From Infirmifilum sp. (lineage in GTDB: Archaea; Thermoproteota; Thermoprotei; Thermofilales; Thermofilaceae), in the NCBI GenBank assembly GCA_041287245.1, contig JBEULP010000046.1, positions 1-64,000 on the forward strand: a stretch of 64,000 bases of DNA, in the 5' to 3' direction. Below the pieces are notes generated by a model, which did no database searches, was not told the DNA's origin, and worked only from the letters and a program-made list of their open reading frames with translations. Below, in pieces: positions 20,987-29,677 of the stretch (positions within the stretch are counted from its first letter, which is position 1; each line of letters begins with the position of its first letter). Both the position numbers and the translations under genes were made by a program.

Positions 20987-21202
20987 AATACTGATTTTTA
21001 ATGCAAGCTAATATCCTTAGCGCGAACGGGTACATGTAGATTTTGACTTTGTTTTTTAAATTTCCTTTTTAAAAATTAAAAACAAAAATTTTATGCTAGT
21101 ACAGTTCAAGTTTGAAAACGATAAAAAGTTTTAACCAACTCCAAAAAAGATATAATCAACTTTTTTCATTAAAATATTAAGTATACAAGTTGAGGGCTCT
21201 TC

Positions 21203-21637
21203 ATGTCTGAGTCGGGAAATCTAAATATATCTATAAGTGATTTTCTAAGGCTGATAGAGGATATTGCTGTTGCCCACGGATTCGAGGTCTCGCGTGAAGT
21301 GTATGTAGAAGGCCTAAGCCTCTACAACCACAGGTTTGATGCCTTACTACAAAAGTCATCGTTAAAAATTCTTGTCGACCTGCCCCAAGGAGTCTTCGAG
21401 TTCCTGGCCAGCCTCGCCAAGAGGGTTGACGTGCTTGAATACAAATTCCTAACGGTGGTTCATGAGGGTACTCTAACAAAAATCTTACCAGAGCTAGAGG
21501 AACATAAAAACAAAACTGCCCTCGAAGAGCAAAGCATTGTCATATATCGTGGGGTTGAGGATCTTCGAGAAAAACTTGAGATTTATTTCAAAAACCTAGC
21601 TACAGAAACACCTCCTGAAACGTCTCAGCCTCTCTAG
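21203..21637 (+). CDS. hypothetical protein, restriction-endonuclease-like (PD-(D/E)xK) fold, probably inactive
   Basis: GFEVSREVYVEGLS..HRFDAL pattern typical of Mrr-like domains; the E-x-K position reads D-L-P. Confidence 0.5.
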   Translation: MSESGNLNISISDFLRLIEDIAVAHGFEVSREVYVEGLSLYNHRFDALLQKSSLKILVDLPQGVFEFLASLAKRVDVLEYKFLTVVHEGTLTKILPELEEHKNKTALEEQSIVIYRGVEDLREKLEIYFKNLATETPPETSQPL

Positions 21638-21763
21638 TTAATACCTCGATCTATGCCCGGCGAGGTGTGCATCAAAAGGTTTGTATATCCTGTGCAAAAT
21701 GTGCGATGCGAGGTTAAGCTGGCCTTAAATATTAGGGAAATGTATATAAAAGTGGGATAAGAA

Positions 21764-22558
21764 TTGTTTCTGATGGGCCAAGCTGCCATGGCAGATGATC
21801 AGTATAGACGCGGAATGGAACTTCTCAGGTCCTCCGCCAAATGGGCATTAATCTCCATCATCCTGGGCGTTATTGCATTAGCCCCGTTTCTCTACACGCT
21901 CATCCTATCCTTGACTATCGCGCCGCGCGGGATAACAGCTCCCACTATTCCCTCTAGACCCCTCGAAGACTTAGCTTCGCTCTTGGCGAAGGTTTTTATC
22001 CCTCTCGCCATAGGACTTATACTCGTACTTGCGGCGGCTGTTACACGGCTATTCGCAGTATATGCGAGGTTCATCCCCTCGGCGACAACTCTAGCCCGGT
22101 GGAGGGAAAGCCTATCTACACCTAGCAAGCTTATAATGTATGGCTACTGGGGCTCGCTTATCGCCGGCGTCCTCTCGTTGGCTGTAATAGGCTTGGGGCT
22201 TGTCAAGGCCGCCTCCTTATTCCCGCCGGGCCTCAGCGAGAGCTCACACATGTATGAATTTTTAGGTGCTCTCATGGGCGGGCTGGCACTAGGCATTATA
22301 GCTGGGATACTGTCCATCCTGGCATGGGTGGGTAGCATTATGCTCTTCTTCGAGCTTTCGTCTTCTACCGGTATAAGGGATTTTCAAACTGCCGCTATCA
22401 TCAGCATAGTCAACATCGTTCTGGGCGTTGCAGTGTTCTTCCCGTATATCGCGTTAGTAGTCATTCTAGTTGACGTCGCACTGGAAGCCCTACAATGGTA
22501 TTTTGTAATGGAGGGGGCAGGCAAGGCTCTAGCGCCACCAACTTCTCAGCAAGCTTAA
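21764..22558 (+). CDS. hypothetical multi-pass membrane protein
   Basis: About 6 hydrophobic helices; start may be ATG 21773 or later. Confidence 0.7.
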   Translation: MFLMGQAAMADDQYRRGMELLRSSAKWALISIILGVIALAPFLYTLILSLTIAPRGITAPTIPSRPLEDLASLLAKVFIPLAIGLILVLAAAVTRLFAVYARFIPSATTLARWRESLSTPSKLIMYGYWGSLIAGVLSLAVIGLGLVKAASLFPPGLSESSHMYEFLGALMGGLALGIIAGILSILAWVGSIMLFFELSSSTGIRDFQTAAIISIVNIVLGVAVFFPYIALVVILVDVALEALQWYFVMEGAGKALAPPTSQQA

Positions 22559-22577
22559 AACTGACCTCATCGCAGCC

Positions 22578-23150
22578 CTAAATGGGCGAGGCTTTCTGAT
22601 TTCGCCATATGTAATTCCTAAGCTCTTCGAATTTATTATTGAAAGACTCTAGAATGCATTTCTCGTCGAGATACAGGTTGAGTATTTCGGAGACTTCCCT
22701 GATGATCTCTCTCACCTTATTTACGGTCTCGAAACTCGGGGGAGTCCCGAAGGAGGTGTTAGCTGCCACGGGGCCTATAACCCAGACATCACCCTTGAAT
22801 CTTCCCGAGGCATAGGCCAGCACAGCCACATGGGCCGGGCTAACATTGTGGGCTCCTGTATCCCGTGAAAGGAATTCAGCGACCTCCTCGGGGGATAAAA
22901 GCTTAGGGTCGAGCCTCACTTTCACGAGGTCTCCGACCTTACCATAGGACTGGTCGAAGACGTCGATGAAGATGACCAGCTCGACTCCTTCAAGGTAGGA
23001 TGCTACGGTGAACGCGTCGAGCTCTGCGTTGACAGCTCTTACTCCGCACTCAGCAAAAGCCTCGGCGAGCAGCGGGCCTATCGCGTCATCCCCGTAGAGT
23101 GGGTTTCCTATACCCACAACTAGAAAGTTTTCACTCAATTTGAGGCGCAC
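22578..23150 (-). CDS. hydrogenase maturation protease
   Basis: VVGIGNPLYGDDAIG, IFIDV, GAH motifs. Confidence 0.9.
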   Translation of the reverse strand: MRLKLSENFLVVGIGNPLYGDDAIGPLLAEAFAECGVRAVNAELDAFTVASYLEGVELVIFIDVFDQSYGKVGDLVKVRLDPKLLSPEEVAEFLSRDTGAHNVSPAHVAVLAYASGRFKGDVWVIGPVAANTSFGTPPSFETVNKVREIIREVSEILNLYLDEKCILESFNNKFEELRNYIWRNQKASPI

Positions 23151-23824
23151 CGCTCTCTAAACTCCCTCTCAACCATTTCGAAGAGCTTATCCGTGCAGAA
23201 GGAGGGGGCACTGCCGCCCGGGTCGCACTCGACGACTTCAAGGGTAACACCAGGTGCGAAGACGCGTAGGCCCTCTAGGAGATGGTCTATGTTCAGCGAC
23301 CCGTCGAGGCTCGCTCTCACTGCCTCAGGGGCTTCCTCAGCGTTTGTCGGCTGAAGACTAACCTCGTATGTGTAGATCCCGGGGTCCCTGTTTTTCCTAC
23401 GTAGAGTTAGAACCTTTATTTCTTGGGGTTTATGCTTCTCGATTAGGTAGCTGACTGTGAGGCTATCTGTTGAAAAGTCTTCTACTACGAGGTTACGGCA
23501 GTCATTTAGTCTTAGTGCCCTCTCGTAGGCTTTGTAGACAGCTTCGCCGTCTTCCCCATAGTAGAAGAGAAAGCCTAAAAGGAGTTTTCTCCCCGTATTA
23601 GAGAGCTCGTTTATCAGATTTTCAAAACCATTCTCTTTAAGGGCTTTCTTCATCTCCTCCACGTCCTCATCTTTTACGCTGAACGTGTAGATCCGTTTGT
23701 ACAGGTCGCGGGTTAACGCATCTATGGAGGGTTTTGGTACAAGCTGGCTCATGAACTCTTCCACTGCTTTCGAGGCACGCAGTAAGAATAGGAAGAACCT
23801 CCTAAGCTCCTCCGTATCGCTCAA
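23135..23824 (-). CDS. hypothetical protein co-transcribed with the hydrogenase maturation protease
   Basis: 229-aa ORF overlapping the protease start; no family recognised. Confidence 0.7.
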   Translation of the reverse strand: MSDTEELRRFFLFLLRASKAVEEFMSQLVPKPSIDALTRDLYKRIYTFSVKDEDVEEMKKALKENGFENLINELSNTGRKLLLGFLFYYGEDGEAVYKAYERALRLNDCRNLVVEDFSTDSLTVSYLIEKHKPQEIKVLTLRRKNRDPGIYTYEVSLQPTNAEEAPEAVRASLDGSLNIDHLLEGLRVFAPGVTLEVVECDPGGSAPSFCTDKLFEMVEREFRERCASN

Positions 23825-24038
23825 TCAAACCACTATTCAAAATTTTCTCTACTTGAAAATAAAGGTTTTTATTAAAACAATGATATAAATATTCATATCA
23901 ACAAACCAGGCTCTTCCTGTGGTTAAGAGAAACCCCTTTAGCCGCAAGTTTTTAAAAGGAGTTTTATGCAGAAGATATAGCCACTCTTATCCCAAGAGTA
24001 TCGTTTATAACAATCCAAGTTTTTCCAGCTTCCTAGAA

Positions 24039-24578
24039 CTAAAACCTTGGTTTTCTCCCGATTGATTTCACAAGAGCCTCAGCTAGCTCAGATTTTCCTT
24101 TCGCTCTAAGAGCCTCCTCAAGATTTTCCCAACGTCTCCTCCTAGGCTGAACCTTGGCGTCCAGCTCCGTTAGGATTGAGGCGCTCCCCAACCCAAAAGT
24201 TGACCCTAACTTCACGACGATAAGCCCAATCCCGTACTTGCCCAGCTCCTTTGGCCTGCCTAAGGCGACGTCAGCTTCTGGTGTTAGGGCTAGCCAGTGG
24301 ACATTGGCTACGGCCTCTTCCACGGTTTTAAGGAGTCTTTGGAGCGCCTGGACGCCTTCGCTGTAAGTAGAGGCTACCGCCACGGCGTGAACCACTGGGT
24401 CGTCCGCAATCGATGTTGCTACAAGTTCCAGCTCTACACCTCCCGGTGTCTTTAGGTTCTCTGTGGCGATATATCTCTCCCCGAAAACACTGTAGCCACA
24501 CATTGAGATCTGTTTAGCCATAGTGGCTCGTGTAACGGCGGGGGGAGACAACCCTACATCTGTATAAAATGTTACCAC
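24039..24578 (-). CDS. hypothetical protein, possible degenerate PD-(D/E)xK fold
   Basis: ELELVA...HAVAV...QAL...ANVHWLAL...YGIGLIVV spacing resembles this fold; catalytic residues absent. Confidence 0.5.
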   Translation of the reverse strand: MVTFYTDVGLSPPAVTRATMAKQISMCGYSVFGERYIATENLKTPGGVELELVATSIADDPVVHAVAVASTYSEGVQALQRLLKTVEEAVANVHWLALTPEADVALGRPKELGKYGIGLIVVKLGSTFGLGSASILTELDAKVQPRRRRWENLEEALRAKGKSELAEALVKSIGRKPRF

Positions 24579-24693
24579 TTCTGATAAAAATGTATTTCTA
24601 TAGATTCACGGGGCAAAAACATAGACGCCAGCGACTCTAAAGTTGAACCGCAAACCACAGCCTTAAGAGCAACTTTAGCCAATAAAGTCTTCG

Positions 24694-25005
24694 CTATTTA
24701 AGAATTAAAACTTGCTTCTCCGGTACAAACCTCCACTTCACACCTGGGGCTAGGAGCTTGTACTGGACCACGGCACCCTCCTCGCTCTCTTCGACCCTCA
24801 CAATTCCTACATTAAAGCCCCTATGGGAGAGCAGAATCGCGAAGTCCTCAAAGTAGTCGTAAAAGCCGCATGTCACGCAGAAGCTTCCCGTGAACTCAAC
24901 CGTAAAGGTCTCACCTTCTACTCGAATAACCCTGGCTTTAGCCTCTACCCCGTGGTAACGGTTAAACTCATCCAACGCCTCTCGGAGGGCTCTCTCAAGG
25001 CTCAT
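24694..25005 (-). CDS. small CxxC protein, NifU C-terminal (Nfu)-like
   Basis: ARVIRVEGETFTVEFTGSFCVTCG resembles the Nfu V.L.G.CxxC motif. Confidence 0.55.
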   Translation of the reverse strand: MSLERALREALDEFNRYHGVEAKARVIRVEGETFTVEFTGSFCVTCGFYDYFEDFAILLSHRGFNVGIVRVEESEEGAVVQYKLLAPGVKWRFVPEKQVLILK

Positions 25006-25043
25006 ACCTTATAACCCGATATAACTTTATTTTTAATTCGCCG

Positions 25044-25874
25044 CTACACGTAATAGTCTTTCCTTGTAAGGTTAAGGAAAAGCTCTCGTAGTTCCTCAAT
25101 CTCCTTTTTAACCTGCGGGTCTTTCAGCTCATCAAGCCTCTTCTCATTAGACTCCAATACAAACTTCAAGAGCTCGGATGGGTTTGTCTTAACAAGTATC
25201 TGGGTGTTCGGTATCAAGCAGTGCCCGCCGATGAAATCCGGGTAGTAGACGGGCCTGTCGTGTAGCACGCTGTGAACCTCAGCCGTGAACTCCGCTATAA
25301 TCTTAAGGCCAACTCCGTAGCTGCGAGCTATGCGGTGCATCTCCTGCCAAGCCGCTATCATTATAGCCCTGTATACTGTTTCCCAGAGCTTTGCCAGCTC
25401 GAGAGCCTCAGGCTCCTCGTTCGACACCCTCACTTTAAGATTCATAGATTCAAGGTGGGCTTTAGCCTCAGATATAAAATCCCCTGGGAGCGCGGTGACC
25501 CATTTAGGCCAGAAGTATAGGTGCTCCTTTATTTTAGGGTGTTTACCCCTTACAGGAGAGAAGGCTACTGGCATAGCTAGTTCCTCATATAGCCTCCTCG
25601 TTGTGCCTGGGGCTACTGTGGAGTGTACTATTATACCCCTTGGATGTATGGTTGAGACGTACTGCTTGACGTTCTCGACAAACCTATCGTTGTAGGGAAT
25701 AGCTATGTGCATGTAGTCAATCTGCTTGGGAACATCCTCCAAAGAGTTTATCCTCTTAGAGGGGTCTATGTCATACCCGTAGAGCTCAAACTTGCCTGAG
25801 TCTTTAGCGACCTCATAGACGGCGCCTCCAACCTCGCCTAGTCCTACAACTAGTACTCGTGGTTTCGACATCAC
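25044..25874 (-). CDS. UDP-glucose/GDP-mannose dehydrogenase family protein (short form)
   Basis: VVGLGEVG, GYDID, HSTVAPGTT, ELAKL, GGHCLIPN catalytic Cys. Confidence 0.88.
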   Translation of the reverse strand: MMSKPRVLVVGLGEVGGAVYEVAKDSGKFELYGYDIDPSKRINSLEDVPKQIDYMHIAIPYNDRFVENVKQYVSTIHPRGIIVHSTVAPGTTRRLYEELAMPVAFSPVRGKHPKIKEHLYFWPKWVTALPGDFISEAKAHLESMNLKVRVSNEEPEALELAKLWETVYRAIMIAAWQEMHRIARSYGVGLKIIAEFTAEVHSVLHDRPVYYPDFIGGHCLIPNTQILVKTNPSELLKFVLESNEKRLDELKDPQVKKEIEELRELFLNLTRKDYYV

Positions 25875-25957
25875 TCGGATAAGACATCCTAGGTAATAAA
25901 ATATTATGTTTTACTCAACCCCCGGGGGGTAGAGTTATAAACGACTCTAAAAGCATT

Positions 25958-26536
25958 ATGAATATGCGTAAGAGATATCTAATCCTCTCGGCATCCCTCT
26001 TCCTCCTAGGATTTGTAGGAGGCTATCTTCTCCCGTTCTCAGCGCCGGATACCGCATCATTCCTGTACAACTTCATTAGGGGCTCCGTGCTTGAGAAAAT
26101 CGGGAACCAGGTTACCCCTGGTTTCAGCTTAAGCCTCCTAATCTTCCTAAACAACATCCGCGTGGCCTTGGTTTCACTGGCCCTCAGTATAACCATCCTA
26201 GGACCTCTCTTAGTCGCTATGGGGAATGGGGCGATACTGGGGCTTGTAGCATCCGTCACAATATTAAACGGCAGGTCGCCCATAATCGTAGCAGCCTCCA
26301 TCCTCCCTCACGGCGCTCTGGAGATACCAGCCCTCGTTTATGTCGTGAGTATTTCGCTGGAGCTCGGGCTCGCATTATGGGATAAGATTCTGAAGGGATT
26401 GGGCGACGAGCTCAGCCTTGCTTTGAAGAATGCGCCTAGAGAGCTAATGATCGCGTTTCTACTTTTTCTCTTCGCAGCCATTGTTGAGGGACTGATAACG
26501 CCCTACGTCGTACTCTGGGTACAAAACATATTATAG
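25958..26536 (+). CDS. stage II sporulation protein M (SpoIIM) family membrane protein
   Basis: IFLNNIRV, NGAILG, ILPHGALEIPA, AAIVEGLITP. Confidence 0.92.
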   Translation: MNMRKRYLILSASLFLLGFVGGYLLPFSAPDTASFLYNFIRGSVLEKIGNQVTPGFSLSLLIFLNNIRVALVSLALSITILGPLLVAMGNGAILGLVASVTILNGRSPIIVAASILPHGALEIPALVYVVSISLELGLALWDKILKGLGDELSLALKNAPRELMIAFLLFLFAAIVEGLITPYVVLWVQNIL

Positions 26537-26565
26537 TCCTTGAAGTCTGTGGTTACACAGGGATA

Positions 26566-28311
26566 GTGGTTACAGTGGCAAACGACAAGGTTCACGAACG
26601 CATCATACTCCTCCGAAGATACTTACCCCAGATAGAACAGCCGACAGGATGGAGCCTCCGCGCCAAGCTCTACAAGGAGGTACTGGGGCTAGACTACGAC
26701 TGGCCTAAGAGCATAGAGGAGCTCGCCGCCCGCATCTCAGATGAGCAGCTAGTAGAGATTTTTAAGCTTTCACCCTACCGCGAATACTACTCTTTCCGAG
26801 GCCGCTTCTACACTGTGAAGAACGGTGAGCTAAGGCTGCAGGACTCCTGGGGGGAGGTTAAAAACGCCATCTGGGAAGCTTTCAAGCTCAACGGCTTAAA
26901 AGCATATGCATTGCTAAAGGCTCTTCTCGAGCTAGGTGAAACTCCCTTTGCCGCTGCAGCCGCCAGGGCTGGGGAAATTATCGGTACAAGGTTCAATGCC
27001 GCCCAGGTACTAGCCGAGCTTAGAGACCGCTGGGAGCTCGTATGGGAGTCAGGTGGGGCGCGGGAGAAAATGTGGGTTATACCGGAGGAGATCCGTCCCG
27101 TGGTTGAAGAGTTTATAAAGACTGTTGAGTCTAAGCCCTTGCCCAGGCTTAGCACGAGACACTCGGAGGAAGAGTTTGTAAGGATTCTAGAGATGGAGGC
27201 AGAGTACGACTCATACCTCCACGTGCTTGTCAGCGAGAGGCTTGAAGAGACGATGAGATTCGGGAAGAGCTTCGGCGTCAAATCCCTAGTGGACTATCTC
27301 GTCGACCTCTTCGGGCCTGAAATATTCTTCGACGAGCTTCTAACACTAGCGCAGCAGTACTCCCTGTCTGATACGGCGGTTGTGACGGAGTCGGGACACA
27401 AGTCTATGTCAACCGGCTTCAACCTCGCATTGTTCGGCGAACCTGGGACTGGGAAGACCTTCGCAACGAAGGACTTTATCCTCGGCAATGAATCCATGGG
27501 CGTGTTGCCTCACGGTCTACCCGGGGTCAACAGGTATTGCGGGGGCATCACTCCTGCGATGTTTATCGCTATTGGGGAGGCTTATTCGGGTAGGAAGTTC
27601 AACTTCATTGTGCCGGAGTTTAACGACTGGTTCAGGTATAAGGGGATGGTTGAACCCCTAAAGCTAGCGATGGAGGGGGGTGTGATAGCATACGAGACAA
27701 AAGCTTACCGCGTAGGCCCCTATAAATTCACATCTTACTTCAGCGTGAACTACAATACTAAGGTGTACGAGAGGGGCTACGAGGTAACGGTTAGCGACCC
27801 CAACTTCAACGCTATCGAAGACCGTATGCTCTGCAGGCTCCACAGGCTTACTAAGGAAAAGTATAGAGAGCTGGCAGAGAGCCAGAAGAGGCTAATGCTT
27901 GGAATCACTACGCAGAAGATGAAGAAGATGGCTCCACGCATAAGGGACCATCTCACCCTTGTACATGCTATTCAGACTGGGAACGCAAAGGTGAAAGACT
28001 TTAAGCCTAAAGACATCCTTCTAACAGAGAAAGAGTTAAAGCTCATAGAAAACGCGCGCGAGTTGATCCTCGAGCACATCCCAGCATCAAGCATTCTACC
28101 TTTCTCAATGAGGCTTGAGAGAAGGGCAATACAACTAGCCTCTGCTCTAACCCTGGTGTCATACTTCCAGTTTGACAGCCCATATATGACGATAGACCAT
28201 GAAGCACTGGTTCTCGCGGCTAGGTTCTACGTTGAGGAGGCCTGGATCCGGTTGCGGGAAAGCTTCCCCCTGGGCGAGGTTCTTCGGAAGCTGGAGAAGA
28301 CTTCTCTCTGA
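26566..28311 (+). CDS. winged-helix plus MCM-like AAA+ ATPase domain protein
   Basis: LALFGEPGTGKT Walker A; FIVPEFND Walker-B-like; LKLAMEGG; SVNYN; IEDRML; SMRLER. Confidence 0.7.
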   Translation: MVTVANDKVHERIILLRRYLPQIEQPTGWSLRAKLYKEVLGLDYDWPKSIEELAARISDEQLVEIFKLSPYREYYSFRGRFYTVKNGELRLQDSWGEVKNAIWEAFKLNGLKAYALLKALLELGETPFAAAAARAGEIIGTRFNAAQVLAELRDRWELVWESGGAREKMWVIPEEIRPVVEEFIKTVESKPLPRLSTRHSEEEFVRILEMEAEYDSYLHVLVSERLEETMRFGKSFGVKSLVDYLVDLFGPEIFFDELLTLAQQYSLSDTAVVTESGHKSMSTGFNLALFGEPGTGKTFATKDFILGNESMGVLPHGLPGVNRYCGGITPAMFIAIGEAYSGRKFNFIVPEFNDWFRYKGMVEPLKLAMEGGVIAYETKAYRVGPYKFTSYFSVNYNTKVYERGYEVTVSDPNFNAIEDRMLCRLHRLTKEKYRELAESQKRLMLGITTQKMKKMAPRIRDHLTLVHAIQTGNAKVKDFKPKDILLTEKELKLIENARELILEHIPASSILPFSMRLERRAIQLASALTLVSYFQFDSPYMTIDHEALVLAARFYVEEAWIRLRESFPLGEVLRKLEKTSL

Positions 28312-28318
28312 GGAAAGG

Positions 28319-29659
28319 TCAATAGGCTTGGGACTTGGAGTAGAAGTCGTTCACGAGCTTGTTTACCTCTACCAGAACCTTATCCATGTTCCAGTAGTGC
28401 CAGGAGCCCCACCTACCCACGCTTAGGATTCCCAGTTGGGAGAGATATTCAAGGATGCTCTTCCTGGACTCCGCGTGCCCACGCGTATATACAGGGTAGC
28501 CGTACTTATGTGCCCAGCTCCTAACAAGCCTCAGCTCGTTGCCCGTCTCTGACAAAACACCTATGTTTTTAAGCCCGTCGACTACGGCCTCCTCTATCTT
28601 CTCCTTGTCAACCTTAGCAGCCGGCTCGAGGGTTATTTCCGCTATCAAAGACGAGCTTCCCCTCGGAGCATTCAACGGGCTATAATTTGATATCCAGGCA
28701 TACCTGTGAAAAATTATGTCCCGCTGAGGGACATAGATCCAGTGTTCCTGAGGAGCTGCTTTACGGAGGGCGACACCCACAACAATAACCTTGTTGTGTT
28801 CTAGCTGTGAAGCTGCTCGCTTAATATCGCTTGGAGGGTCCAGGGCTTTTAAAAGATCCACAAGAGGAATTGTGGAGAAAACATGTCTTGCCTCAACCAT
28901 CCTATTTACCAGCCACTTCTCACCCTTAACCACTTCTTTTACCTCTACCCCCGCCAGTACCTCAACACCCTGTGAAAGGGCTCTGTGCAAAACTGAGTTG
29001 AAGAGGCTTTGAATACCCCCTCTTAGGGGGTAGTAGAACGTTGCCTGCTCAGCATATCCCACGGTTGGGACCCCAGTGGCGCTCTTAACAATGTCTCTCC
29101 AATCGGGCCATGGGAGGCGGCCCGGCACATACAGCCAATCGGAGTCGATGTCTCCAGCGCTTCGCTTCCATATCTTCTCGTTATAAGGTATGAGGTATTC
29201 TTGTGCTATTGTCTTGCCGAAGAATAGCTCCGCCCACTCTCTCAGGTTTGATACCTTTGCGTCTCCGCGAGCGTTTTTAATTAAAGCCTCGACAAACCCG
29301 ATGAGCATTTCTGCCCTCGTCTCAGGTGGAAGGACAAAGAGCCCGTTTTCAAACGGGTAGGGGACCTTGTAGCCGTTATAAAGGATGAAGCTTTTCCTTT
29401 CATGCTTCACAAAATTGTCTCCAAGGAACCCGAGTAGCTCCCTGAGGACTTCTTGGTCACGCGAGAAGAGGATGTGGCTTCCACCCACGTCAAAGGTGAA
29501 GCCATCAATAAGCTCGCTCCTCAGTAGGCCACCGAGAGCCTCATCCTTGTCTATACATATTACCTTTGCACTGGGATACTTCTCCTTCAGCCGAAGCGAG
29601 AGTAGTAGGCCTGCCCATCCGCACCCTAGTACTGCGAAATCCGTTTCTCGAGAAGGCAT
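28319..29659 (-). CDS. FAD-dependent oxidoreductase, UDP-galactopyranose-mutase/protoporphyrinogen-oxidase-like
   Basis: LGCGWAG, GGLLRS, FDVGGSHILFS, VPYPFEN, YNEKIW, YGYPVY, GRWGSWHYWNMD. Confidence 0.85.
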   Translation of the reverse strand: MPSRETDFAVLGCGWAGLLLSLRLKEKYPSAKVICIDKDEALGGLLRSELIDGFTFDVGGSHILFSRDQEVLRELLGFLGDNFVKHERKSFILYNGYKVPYPFENGLFVLPPETRAEMLIGFVEALIKNARGDAKVSNLREWAELFFGKTIAQEYLIPYNEKIWKRSAGDIDSDWLYVPGRLPWPDWRDIVKSATGVPTVGYAEQATFYYPLRGGIQSLFNSVLHRALSQGVEVLAGVEVKEVVKGEKWLVNRMVEARHVFSTIPLVDLLKALDPPSDIKRAASQLEHNKVIVVGVALRKAAPQEHWIYVPQRDIIFHRYAWISNYSPLNAPRGSSSLIAEITLEPAAKVDKEKIEEAVVDGLKNIGVLSETGNELRLVRSWAHKYGYPVYTRGHAESRKSILEYLSQLGILSVGRWGSWHYWNMDKVLVEVNKLVNDFYSKSQAY

Positions 29660-29677
29660 AGTTATGCCTCAGAACAC

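Noticed and set aside
21048..21086. Imperfect A/T inverted repeat between the mannosidase and the 21203 gene
   Set aside because: Low-complexity A/T runs; not distinguishable from chance.
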